Positions 26,171 through 38,418 of a DNA stretch of 64,000 nucleotides are shown here, in pieces (positions within the stretch are counted from its first letter, which is position 1; every line of letters starts with the position of its first letter). Position numbers and translations under genes: made by a program. Location of the stretch: assembly GCA_051362555.1 (NCBI GenBank), contig CM120649.1:20193566-20257565 (forward strand), given 5' to 3'. The stretch is from Lingula anatina. Taxonomy: Eukaryota; Animalia; Brachiopoda. The notes below the pieces were generated by a model that made no database searches, was not told the origin of the DNA, and saw only the letters and a program-made list of their open reading frames with translations.

Positions 26171-29100
26171 TTTTTATGTACAGACACAGATGTATCTGTA
26201 CATATTGCCATCACCTGCGTCTGTCGTCGGCGATGCCGATGCCGTCGTCGTGCACTTTCCTTGTAAACACGATAAGTGGAAGGCAGTTTTACTTTTTGGC
26301 TTTATATTTACAGAGCTGATGAATATTCATAAAACGCAGGTCAAGTTCGAAAATCAGCATGATCGGGCCATTATTGTAGAAGTTATGCTGTTTTTTCACT
26401 TTTCAGCATATATGCAACCTTGTAAACACATTTTAAGGAAAACCGTTAGGCCTGTTGTCATGACACTCACAGGAATAATCAATCTTACTAAAACGCAGGT
26501 CAAGTTAGAAAATCGGCATGATCAGGCCACTATTTTAGTAGTTATGCTTTTTATGTACAGACACAGATGTGTCTGTACATATAGCCATCATCTGCGTCTG
26601 TCGTCGCCGTCGGCGCCATCGTCGCCGTGCACTTTTACCGATAACACGATAAGTGGAAAACCATTTTACCTTTTGACTTGAAACTTGCAGAACTGATGAA
26701 TATTCATAATACGCAGGTCAAGTTCGAAAATCAGCATGATCGGGTCACTTTTAGGGAATAAATGCTGTTTTTTCACTTTTTTCAGCATATATGCAGCACC
26801 GATAACACGATAAGTGGAAAACCATTTTACCTTTTGACTTGTAACTTACAGAACTGATGAATATTCATAATACGCAGGTCAAGTTCGAAAATCAGCATGA
26901 TCGGGTCACTTTTAGGGAATTTATGCTGTTTTTTCACTTTTTTCAGCATATATGCAGCACCGATAACACGATAAGTGGAAAACCATTTTACCTTTTGACT
27001 TGAAACTTACAGAACTGATGAATATTCATAATACGCAGGTCGAGTTCGAAAATCAGCATGATTGGGTCACTTTTAGGGAATTTATGCTGTTTTTTCACTT
27101 TTTTCAGCATATATGCAGCACCGATAACATGATAAGTAGAAAACCATTTTACCTTTTGACTTGAAACTTACAGAACTGATGAATATTCATAATACGCAGG
27201 TCAAGTTCGAAAATCAGCATGATTGGGCCATTTTTAGGGAATTTATGCTGTTTTTTCACTATTTTCAATATAAATGCAACACTGATAACACAATATAAGA
27301 AAAACGGATTGGCCAATTGTAATTATACTCACAGGAGTGGTCAATCTTACTAAAACGCAGGATGAGTTCGAAAATCAGCATAATCGGGCCATTATTTTAG
27401 AAGTTATACTGTTTTTTCACATGTCTTCAGATTCAATTATTAGGCATGTTAACAGTCTCATTATTTAACTAATAAGATGCCTAAAAGTGTTTGTTTGACA
27501 TTTCCTGCATCTTTACAACATTGTTAGTTGATTTTGTAAAAATGATGGTAAACTTGTTATTGTGTATTGTGTAATAAAGTGTCAAAAATGGAAATAAACT
27601 CATATCATTGCAGTTTGTCAGATTCAATCATTCACTATGTTCAGAATCTCAGAATGGAAGAAATTGGACATTTAACACTGCTTTATTGATATTTTTCCCA
27701 TCTCATCAATTTTCTTAGTTGATCATATAAAAATGGCAGTAAACTGTTAATTTTGTTTTATGTTAAAAATTGTTAAAAATGAAAAAAAAAAAATTCAGAA
27801 CAGTGCTGTCTTTGTTTACATTTTGGCACTTTCAAGTTGTGACTTAGAGGTTCCATGGGCCTGAAGACCTTGGCTAGTCACATTTTCTGAATATCCATGA
27901 TACTAATATTTTATTATTAAAAATTGATGGTCATTATGCTGTTAAACATTATGTAATATTGCATCAAAATTTGAAAAAAACCTATTTTGGGCACTGCTCC
28001 CATGATGACCATTTAAGAAAAACCATGTCACTTACTGTTCTCAAACAGTACAGTAAATATATATATATAGATGTGTCTGTACATATTGCCATCACCTGCG
28101 TCTGTCGTCGCTGTCATCGGCGTCGCCGGTGCCGTGCACTTTCATTGTAAACACGATAAGTGGAAGGCAGTTTTACTTTTGGGCTTTATATTTACAGAGC
28201 TGATGAATATTCATAAAACGCAGGTCAAGTTCGAAAATCAGCATGATCGGGCCATTATTGTAGAAGTTATGCTTTTTTTTTCACTTTTCAGCATATATGC
28301 AACACTGTAAACACATTCCAAGGAAAACCGATAGGCCTGTTGTCATGAAACTCACAGGAGTAATCTATCTTACTAAAACGCAGGTCAAGTTCGAAAATCA
28401 GCATGATCGGGCCACTATTTTAGTAGTTATGCTGTTTTTTCATTTTTCAGCATATATGCAACACTGTAAACACAATATAAGAAAAACAGATAGGCCAATT
28501 GTCATTAAACTCACAGGAGTGGTCAATCTTACTAAAACGCAGGTTGAGTTCGAAAATCAGCATAATCGGGCCATTATTTTAGAAGTTATGCTGTTTTTTC
28601 ACATTTCCTCAGATTAAATTCTTAGGCATGTTAACAGTCTTATTGTTTTACTAATAAGATACATAAAAGTGTTTGTTTGACATTTCCTGCATCTTTACAA
28701 CATTGTAAGTTGATTATGTAAAAATGATGGTAAACTTGTTATCGTGTATTGTGTAATAAAGTGTCAAAAATGGAAATAAACTCATATCATTGCAGTTTGT
28801 CAGATTCATTCATTAACTATGTTCAGAATCTCAGAATGGAGGAAATTGGACATTTAACACTGTTCTATTGATATTTTTCCCATCTCATCAATTTTCTTAG
28901 TTGATCATATAAAAATTGCAGTAAACTGTTTATTTTGTTTTATGTTAAAAAATTGTTAAAAAAAAAAAAAAAAATTTCAGAACAGTGCTGTCTTTGTTTA
29001 CATTTTGGCATTTTCAAGTTGTGACTTTGAAGTTCCATGGGCCTGAAGACCTTTGCTAGTCACATTTTCTGAATATCCATGATACTAATATTTTATTATT

Positions 29101-29453
29101 AAAATTGATGGTCATTATGCTGTTAAACATTATGTAATATTGCATCAAAATTAAAAAAAAAAAACTATTTTGGGCACTGCTCCCATGATGACCATTTAAG
29201 AAAAACCATGTCACTTACTGTTCTCAAACTTACAGGAAAGAAACATGGGACTAAAATACAGCTTCAGTAGGCAATGCAGTCTGTTTGGTAATTCTTACTG
29301 CCAGTTAAACGGTTTCACATATTGGCATTTTCAAAGTGTGACTTTGAAGTTCCACGGTCTTGTTTATTATTGCATCAAAATTGGCAAAATGACCTCTTTT
29401 GCATCCTTTTTTCTGTTATTTTGTCTGTACATTTGACAGCTTTGCTGCCTTGT
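26171..29453 (+). mobile_element. Composite non-autonomous Helentron-associated element (HINE/DINE-1-like)
   Basis: 5' T-run, subTIR ATGTACAGACA (26176) and adjacent inverted copy. GTC-rich microsatellite, then internal ~75/160-bp core repeats (AAAACGCAGGTCAAGTTCGAAAATCAGCATGATCGGG). 3' subTIR TGTCTGTACAT (29422) followed by stem-loop GACAGC-TTT-GCTGCC. Additional heads at 26548 and about 28069. Confidence 0.75.
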
Positions 29454-29959
29454 CTTTAAAAGCCAGTGTCAGTTGTCTTTTGGTGAAGATATCTGATTCT
29501 TGACAAGCCAGGCAGCCATTCTTGTTGCTTCAGTTAAAGCTGCCCTTCTCCCCAGAAAAGTATATTGATCTCAAAAGACATGCAGATGCAACAGCAGAAG
29601 AAACTGACCCATTAACTGCCAATTCTTTTTTTATCATTTTATTTATTTATTGTTATTTTCATTATTAATATTCTCCTTTCTTTTTCAGTGTCTGCAGTAT
29701 GTCATCAAAACCAGCATGTTGATGTCCATTTCAATGTACAGTACCAGCTAACAGCTGACCATTCTTTTGCTGGCAACAATACAGCCATTAGCAGCATTAT
29801 ACTTGACAAATATTCTGTATTAAATCTTCACGTAAATATCAAAAAACAGTCAACAGGTGGATGTTTGATTCATGGCACCAGTACAGACCAGTCAAGAAGT
29901 GTAGGAATAAAATCATTTCAACAAACAGCATCAGTGAACCAATGGGAATGACTTTCGTG

Positions 29960-30375
29960 ACTGGAACTGTATCAGATATTCAATACAGAAGTCACTGAGA
30001 TTGGAACTGTGTGTATAAAATATTCAATACAGAAATCATCAAGATTGGAACTATTGTGTGCCTAAAATATACAATACCGAAATCACCAAGATTGGAACTG
30101 TGTGCATAAAATATGCAATACCGAAATCACCAAGATTGGAACTGTGTGCATAAAATATGCAATACCGAAATCACCAAGATTGGAACTGTGTGCATAAAAT
30201 ATGCAATACCGAAATCACCAAGATTGGAACTGTGTGTATAAAATATTCAATACCAAAATCACCAAGATTGGAACTGTGTGTATAAAATATTCAGTACAGA
30301 AGTCATCAAGATTGGAATTTTGTGTATAAAATATTTAGTACAGAATTCACCAAGATTGGAACTGTGTGTATATAA
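29960..30375. repeat. 44-bp minisatellite, about 9 copies
   Basis: Unit GGAACTGTGTGYATAAAATATKCAATACCGAAATCACCAAGATT. Confidence 0.9.
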
Positions 30376-31179
30376 CATTCAGCTCATAGTTAAGGCAGGA
30401 CTGGAACACAGTATATGTTACATCCATGGTCTGAAAGTCACTAGTAATTGACAGGATTGGATAACCCCTAAAATGCCAGTAGAACCAGTGCCACTGACCA
30501 GTATCAAGTGATTGGGATATAAATGTCAACTAGAGGGAACTTCCGAAAACCATTTTAAATTGACCATCCAGTAGAACTTATTGTGCAGGCCACAAAGTGT
30601 AATGTCAAAGTTTGAGTTGATCATTTCTGCTTGCATGTATTTGGTTGGCTGTGTCTGTATCTGAAGTCTTCACTTTTGAGAGTTAAAAAGAAATACTTAA
30701 TAATTTGAAATCCCTCTTTTACTTAGCAGTATTGATGTGTAGAAATAAGGAAAGAGAAAAAAAGCACAGTTTGTGACTGCTTCTGAAAAAATACTGCCTG
30801 TCAGTTTTCAGAGAGAAAATATCTATATATTGATTATTTTTATTTTAAATTCTTCCAAGTAGCATGTTCTTTCATAAACAGATTTTAACAGGGTGTGTAC
30901 ATTGAACCAGGGTATGAACTCTTACGTTTTTCCTGGATGTGAGTATAAATTTTTACTTTTGAAGTATGTACAGATGAATCTTTGTCATGTCTGTTAGTTG
31001 ACTAAAATCTTAAGTTTCACGTGGGTTCACAGGTTCAAAGGATCTTTGTCATTACTGCAGTGTATTCACTCTTTGAATGTGTAAACATATTTCAAGATTT
31101 TGTACCTCACCAAAACTGAGGTTCTTTTATGGTTGCCAGGGCTTGAGTAGGTTGCCAGGGTCTTTGTGGATTGTGAAAT

Positions 31180-31450
31180 GCACCTCCAGCCTTGTAGTCA
31201 GACATCCCCCAGCCTTGTAGTCAGGCATCCCCCCAGCCTTGTAGTCAGACATCCCCCAGCCTTGTAGCAACCTTGTAGTCAGACACCTCCAGCCTTGTAT
31301 TTAGACATCCCCCAGCCTTGTAGTCAGACATCCCCCAGCCTTCTAGTCAGACATCCCCCAGCCTTGTAGTCAGGCATCCCCCAGCCTTGTAGTTAGACAT
31401 CCCCAAGCCTTGTAGCAGACTTGTGGTTAGACATCCCCCAGCCTTGTAGT
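31180..31450. repeat. About 23-bp minisatellite, about 11 copies
   Basis: Unit CCAGCCTTGTAGTCAGACATCCC. Confidence 0.88.
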
Positions 31451-31696
31451 TTACTACATGTGGTCACATTGTTCTTGTCTGTATGCTGATATTTTGTGCC
31501 AAGAAATATATTTGATAAAAGAATATACATTTTACTACAAATCTGAACACATCGCCATAAGCTACTAACAGCTGTGGAGAGATGAACTATGAGTTGATCT
31601 GTCACAGGAACTAAGGCTGGGGAACTATGGAAAGTTTTTCAAGGTGAAGAAGATAAAAATGATGTTATCGGCCCTGTCCTATGCCATTCATTCAGC

Positions 31697-32123
31697 TTTT
31701 ACTGCTATGGGACAGCACATGGCTGAAGTCCATTACTAGTGGTCAGCATGGTCACATCTCTGCTAATACAACTAGAGTTCTCAGTTTACTGCTATGGGAC
31801 AGCACATGGCTGAAGTCCATTACTAGTGGTCAGCATGGTCACATCTCTGCTAATACAACTAGAGTTCTCAATTTACTGCTATGGGACAGCACATGGCTGA
31901 AGTCCATTACTAGTGGTCAGCATGGTCACATCTCTGCTAATACAACTAGAGTTCTCAGTTTACTGCTATGGGACAGCACATGGCTGAAGTCCATTACTAG
32001 TGGTCAGCATGGTCACATCTCTGCTAATACAACTAGAGTTCTCAATTTACTGCTATGGGACAGCACATGGCTGAAGTCCATTACTAGTGGTCAGCATGGT
32101 CACATCTCTGCTAATACAACTAG
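31697..32123. repeat. 87-bp minisatellite x5
   Basis: TTTACTGCTATGGGACAGCACATGGCTGAAG... recurs with period 87. Confidence 0.95.
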
Positions 32124-34072
32124 TTCTCTGTTTGAATTACTCTTTATGTCAGAATACATTGTGTGATAGGCACCTCTAAAAAGATTTATTCTAAAAAATG
32201 TCATTTTCCAGTGGGGGCGAGTGAGAGAGCAGATGTCAACAAGTTCAGGTAGGCAAGTTGGTCATGAGCTAGGTGTTGAAACTGAAGAAAGGTGTCTGGC
32301 ATATAGTGTAGTTTTTAATGTGACAAATTCAGGAACAAATATCAGCTATGGTAAAAGTATGGGGAGACATTTTGCCCCACACTCACCCTACCAAAAAAAA
32401 AAACAGCTTCAAAAATGGTTATTGGTTTTATCAGTCACATTGAAATGTGTTTTAAAGACAGATAATTTGAAAATGAATACTGAGACGAAGCTGCTATAGT
32501 TATGGAGTTTAGAAGAGATGGGTTTTTTTTTTTTATGTCATTTAGAATTTAATAGAATTAAATGCTGTTGAAGACTGCCAGTAGAATTATCTCACTTATG
32601 TTTGCAGCTGAAATCCTCCTTTTTGCTGTCCTCTAATTATCTGCAGAAAATACATCATATGTAAGGCATTGTATCATTTTAGTGCAAGGAGATGTATTTT
32701 GCTGTTTGAGCCCTTTTCAAGACCACTGTGTGAGGCACATTTTGTACATAAGAGGTTATAGCAGGAGGTGGAGAGAACACAAATCATGTCCACATTCTGC
32801 CTATTTCTAGCAGAAAAAGCTGTTTTTATATCTGATTTACTTATTGCATCCTTTTTTATTAGATAGTTGATATCCTGTTCAAATATTACATTTTTATCTC
32901 AAATGTGAAACTGCAAGTTAGTGCTATTTGAGTTATGTGAAAAAAAAATCATAAGAAACTGTTATATGTAATTTTGGATTTTGAATTGTGTAGAGTGGTT
33001 GTTGATAAGTATAAAACATGGAAGTCCCTGGAAGCATCAAATATCGATGACAGCTTTTAACTGACAGTTTGAAGATGTGGACATTTTTAGGGCCACAGTT
33101 TCACGTTAATAACTGCGACTGACTTCAGTGCAATCTATTACATTATGAAGAAAGGCTGTATATTTAGTGGTGATACAACCAAATGTCAACTATTCTAAAT
33201 ATGAACCCTTCTCTATTTACAGATGATATAGACAAGCAGGTCTTTTGAAATCTCATATAATGCTACTTTCAAAACGTACAAAAAGGAAAATAATTCCGTA
33301 TAAAAATATACACATTCTAAGGACTATACATGGCCCATTATATTCTATAGTATGGATGTGTTTGATATATATATATATAAATATATGAAATAATTATTAT
33401 ACAATAGCGTGTGTATGTGAATAATAACCAGGATTATCATTACTATGAACATTATCAGTATAATATTTTATGAACTTGATGTATAGTTTCTTGACCGAAG
33501 TGTAGTCCAGTAAGTCTGCTGACAGGAAGACAGGGGGAGGCAAATCATGGAATAAATATGGACTTGGAAATGAAATGTCTTCTGAGTTCTTAGTTCTTAA
33601 GAACTGTGATAAATATTAAACATGATGAAGATTTTTTCCTTTTATTTGGGGACTCGCTCCTGTGCATGTGGCAAAGAATATTTAAAACGGACATGTTATA
33701 TGAAATGCCAGTGAAAGAGGCGGGGGGGACTCTGCAATATGTACACACTCGTTCGCGCGCGTGCAAACATACCGACGTTAGCGCACTGCCCAATACACGC
33801 CACCGTGTACTCGGGATCAGATAATACAGTCGAAACCGTGATGGCATCCTTGTCGACAATATCGCTCTTTATTGTGCCAGAGAAGATGTGATGTAGGAAC
33901 GGCCACTGCTGCATCATGTCTGTGGTATCGAGGAAACCGGGGCAACGGTTATCCATGCAAACGTAATGTTTCACATACATACTCATTACAGAAACACGAC
34001 CTGGGCGAGTTACGGAATCAAGACGCTTGCGCTCGGTCGCAATGCGCGATGGTTTCGAGTTCCGGGGCCTGG

Positions 34073-34155
34073 ACACAGACGCACACACGCACACGCACAC
34101 ACACACACACACACACAGTCGCACACACAAACACACACGTGCGGGAAGCACACAC
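34073..34155. repeat. Imperfect (CA)n microsatellite
   Basis: Read directly. Confidence 0.85.
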
Positions 34156-34704
34156 GTTGCGGGACACAAGAAGTAGAGTTACAATGCCTTATATATTATA
34201 CTTTTTATTTATTTATTTTCCATACAAATCTCAGAATCAACATATCTTCTTAGGTTCTTTTAGCAAACATATCCGTTTCGAGCGGAACGAAAGGAAATCT
34301 AGAACGCTTATATTATGCATTTTACAAAAACGTATTAGGTGCACGTGATTTTAAATGTCAAAAGTCCGTTTATCTTTAAGATGTATTGTACCGACCAGAC
34401 TACACAAAAGGCCTGATTTCACGCTGATACAGAGCAAAAGAAACAAAACTAACTGTGAATTAATTGACCGTACTTGGTGCCGCCGCCCATTAAAATTCAA
34501 ATTGATTGATAAATGTAAAACACGTGGTTACAAATTGCCCATTAACAAGATAATATTTTTGGTGCCATAGACACTTCACATTATTGATGTGTGGAATAAA
34601 GCTCAAGACAAAGTCATGCATAGTATATTTATTAAGATAATTTTTAACACGTTTGAGAATGCTTGTTACAATTCAACCAAGCCTGCTATGTTCAGATAGG
34701 GGGC

Positions 34705-37223
34705 TGACCACTCCCCAACCGCTCACTCTATGGACATACAGTGGATATATGACCACTCCCCAACTGCTCACTCTATGGACACACAGTGGATATATGACCA
34801 CTCCCCAACCGCTCACTCTATGGACTCACAGTAGATATATGACCACTCCCCAACTGCTCACTCTATGGACACACAGTAGATATATGACCACTCCCCAACT
34901 GCTCACTCTATGGACACACAGTGGATATATGACCACTCCCCAACCGCTCACTCTATGGACACACAGTGGATATATGACCACTCCCCAACCGCTCACTCTA
35001 TGGACTCACAGTAGATATATGACCACTCCCCAACTGCTCACTCTATGGACATACAGTGGATATATGACCACTCCCCAACTGCTCACTCTATGGACACACA
35101 GTGGATATATGACCACTCCCCAACCGCTCACTCTATGGACATACAGTAGATATATGACCACTCCCCAACTGCTCACTCTATGGACACACAGTGGATATAT
35201 GACCACTCCCCAACCGCTCACTCTATGGACATACAGTGGATATATGACCACTCCCCAACCGCTCACTCTATGGACACACAGTGGATATATGACCACTCCC
35301 CAACTGCTCACTCTATGGACACACAGTGGATATATGACCACTCCCCAACCGCTCACTCTATGGACACACAGTGGATATATGACCACTCCCCAACCGCTCA
35401 CTCTATGGACTCACAGTAGATATATGACCACTCCCCAACTGCTCACTCTATGGACATACAGTGGATATATGACCACTCCCCAACTGCTCACTCTATGGAC
35501 ACACAGTGGATATATGACCACTCCCCAACCGCTCACTCTATGGACATACAGTAGATATATGACCACTCCCCAACTGCTCACTCTATGGACACACAGTGGA
35601 TATATGACCACTCCCCAACCGCTCACTCTATGGACATACAGTGGATATATGACCACTCCCCAACCGCTCACTCTATGGACACACAGTGGATATATGACCA
35701 CTCCCCAACTGCTCACTCTATGGACACACAGTGGATATATGACCACTCCCCAACCGCTCACTCTATGGACATACAGTGGATATATGACCACTCCCCAACC
35801 GCTCACTCTATGGACACACAGTAGATATATGACCACTCCCCAACTGCTCACTCTATGGACATACAGTGGATATATGACCACTCCCCAACCGCTCACTCTA
35901 TGGACACACAGTGGATATATGACCACTCCCCAACCGCTCACTCTATGGACTCACAGTGGATATATGACCACTCCCCAACCGCTCACTCTATGGACTCACA
36001 GTGGATATATGACCACTCCCCAACTGCTCACTCTATGGACATACAGTGGATATATGACCACTCCCCCAACCGCTCACTCTATGGACACACAGTGGATATA
36101 TGACCACTCCCCAACCGCTCACTCTATGGACTCACAGTAGATATATGACCACTCCCCAACTGCTCACTCTATGGACACACAGTAGATATATGACCACTCC
36201 CCAACTGCTCACTCTATGGACATACAGTGGATATATGACCACTCCCCAACTGCTCACTCTATGGACACACAGTGGATATATGACCACTCCCCAACCGCTC
36301 ACTCTATGGACTCACAGTAGATATATGACCACTCCCCAACTGCTCACTCTATGGACATAAAGTGGATATATGACCACTCCCCAACTGCTCACTCTATGGA
36401 CACACAGTAGATATATGACCACTCCCCAACTGCTCACTCTATGGACACACAGTAGATATATGACCACTCCCCAACTGCTCACTCTATGGACTCACAGTAG
36501 ATATATGACCACTCCCCAACTGCTCACTCTATGGACACACAGTGGATATATGACCACTCCCCAACCGCTCACTCTATGGACTCACAGTAGATATATGACC
36601 ACTCCCCAACTGCTCACTCTATGGACATAAAGTGGATATATGACCACTCCCCAACTGCTCACTCTATGGACACACAGTAGATATATGACCACTCCCCAAC
36701 TGCTCACTCTATGGACATACAGTGGATATGTGACCACTCCCCAACCGCTCACTCTATGGACACACAGTGGATATATGACCACTCCCCAACCGCTCACTCT
36801 ATGGACACACAGTGGATATATGACCACTCCCCAACTGCTCACTCTATGGACATACAGTGGATATATGACCACTCCCCAACTGCTCACTCTATGGACACAC
36901 AGTAGATATATGACCACTCCCCAACTGCTCACTCTATGGACACACAGTGGATATATGACCACTCCCCAACCGCTCACTCTATGGACACACAGTGGATATA
37001 TGACCACTCCCCAACTGCTCACTCTATGGACACACAGTAGATATATGACCACTCCCCAACCGCTCACTCTATGGACACACAGTGGATATATGACCACTCC
37101 CCAACTGCTCACTCTATGGACATACAGTGGATATATGACCACTCCCCAACTGCTCACTCTATGGACACACAGTGGATATATGACCACTCCCCAACCGCTC
37201 ACTCTATGGACACACAGTGGATA
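34705..37223. repeat. 45-bp minisatellite, about 56 copies
   Basis: Unit TGACCACTCCCCAACYGCTCACTCTATGGACWYACAGTRGATATA. Confidence 0.97.
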
Positions 37224-37892
37224 AATGGTCTGAAAACAGAACGCATTGCATAGAGGTTCAAATGCTTGTGTCTCATTCTTATGAGATCAAATTTTCCCGT
37301 ATATTCTTACATCCATATATTCATTCCTGTATGTACTTGTGTCATTAAGCTAAGACGTCTTAAACACTTCCTCCAACAGTTGATTATAAAGTAAAAAACA
37401 CCCAAAGATAAAATACCATCCAAACGGCAATTAAAAGAGAAGATGAAAGAAATGTTGCATGAATACATTACAGATGTACGGTGTTATTTATCGGTATATG
37501 TGCTGATAATCTATAAAACTCGTTTAAACAAACAACAATATTATAACCTAGAATGCACCTTATCCGCAACCAAAACACCCTACATTTTCATGTAGTTTTG
37601 CACTAAAGTCCTGTGTACTTGCCCTCTGGCAAATTTTCAAGTTTTCAGATATACCAAGTACCTATTGGTACAAGTATACACTTAAGAAATCAATGCAAAA
37701 TTCTTATCCAAATGATAAATAATATTTATACAAAGTCAGAGATTTCGGTTAGAATGGCAAATAACGTCCTTTGCTCCACAAACGTAAGACATCCAAACTG
37801 AATGTCAATATATTTGAAGAGGATGATGAAATAAGTTTTTCTAAATTCTATATTGAAAGGAGAAATGGTGGGTCTTGTACTTCGGGCACTAA

Positions 37893-38154
37893 GGCTTCGT
37901 TCACATGCAATGTCTATTTTCTATTTTCTATTTTCGGTATGTCTTATGATCACGGTCTGTGCACTGAATATCCCGCGGCGTAATTACTGGCAGCGCGAGC
38001 CAGTTACTTATAGTAACTTATAGTAACTTATAGTAACTGGCTCGCGCTGCCAGTAATTACGCCGCGGGATATTCAGTGCACAGACCGTGATCATAAGACA
38101 TACCGAAAATAGAAAATAGAAAATAGAAAATAGACATTGCATGTGAACGAAGCC
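37893..38154. mobile_element. Palindromic MITE, PIF/Harbinger (Tourist)-like
   Basis: About 115-bp near-perfect inverted arms starting GGCTTCGTTCACATGC. TAA target-site duplication at 37890-92 and 38155-57. Confidence 0.85.
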
Positions 38155-38205
38155 TAAGTACCTAGTATTTCTTTTGAAAAATAGATTTAAAAAATCCTAT
38201 TTTCA

Positions 38206-38385
38206 TGGTGACATCAGACCTCAATGACATAGGACCAGTTTGGTGACATCCCAAGTAGTTTGGTGACATCAGACCTCAGTGACGTAGGACCAGTTTGGTG
38301 ACATCAGAAGCAGTTTGGTGGCATCAGACCTCAGTGACGTAGGACCAGTTTGGTGACATCAGCAGCAGTTTGGTGACATCAGACC
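38206..38385. repeat. Compound short repeats just 3' of the arrestin stop codon
   Basis: AGTTTGGTGACATCAG and ACCTCAGTGACGTAGGACC units are repeated. Confidence 0.8.
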
Positions 38386-38418
38386 AACCAGGATTGTTAC
38401 TGGCCAAGGTGAATGTCG

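Larger units (their letters stand above)
29689..33575 (+). other. Putative non-coding terminal (3' UTR) exon of Rap2
   Basis: Strong acceptor TTCTCCTTTCTTTTTCAG ending at 29688. Candidate donor AG|GTAATT at 21143, 12 nt after the Rap2 stop. AATAAA at 33551, where CpG depletion ends. Confidence 0.4.

Noticed and set aside
26109-28617. ORFs in the HINE-like element as a transposase or Rep/helicase
   Set aside because: They translate internal core repeats and show no HUH, helicase or DDE motifs.
31681-32166. 161-aa repetitive ORF
   Set aside because: 87-bp minisatellite with a period divisible by 3.
34653-37253. Repetitive ORFs (MTTPQPLTLWTHSGY)n and other frames
   Set aside because: By-product of the 45-bp array; broken by a 1-nt insertion near 36063 and by TAA variants.
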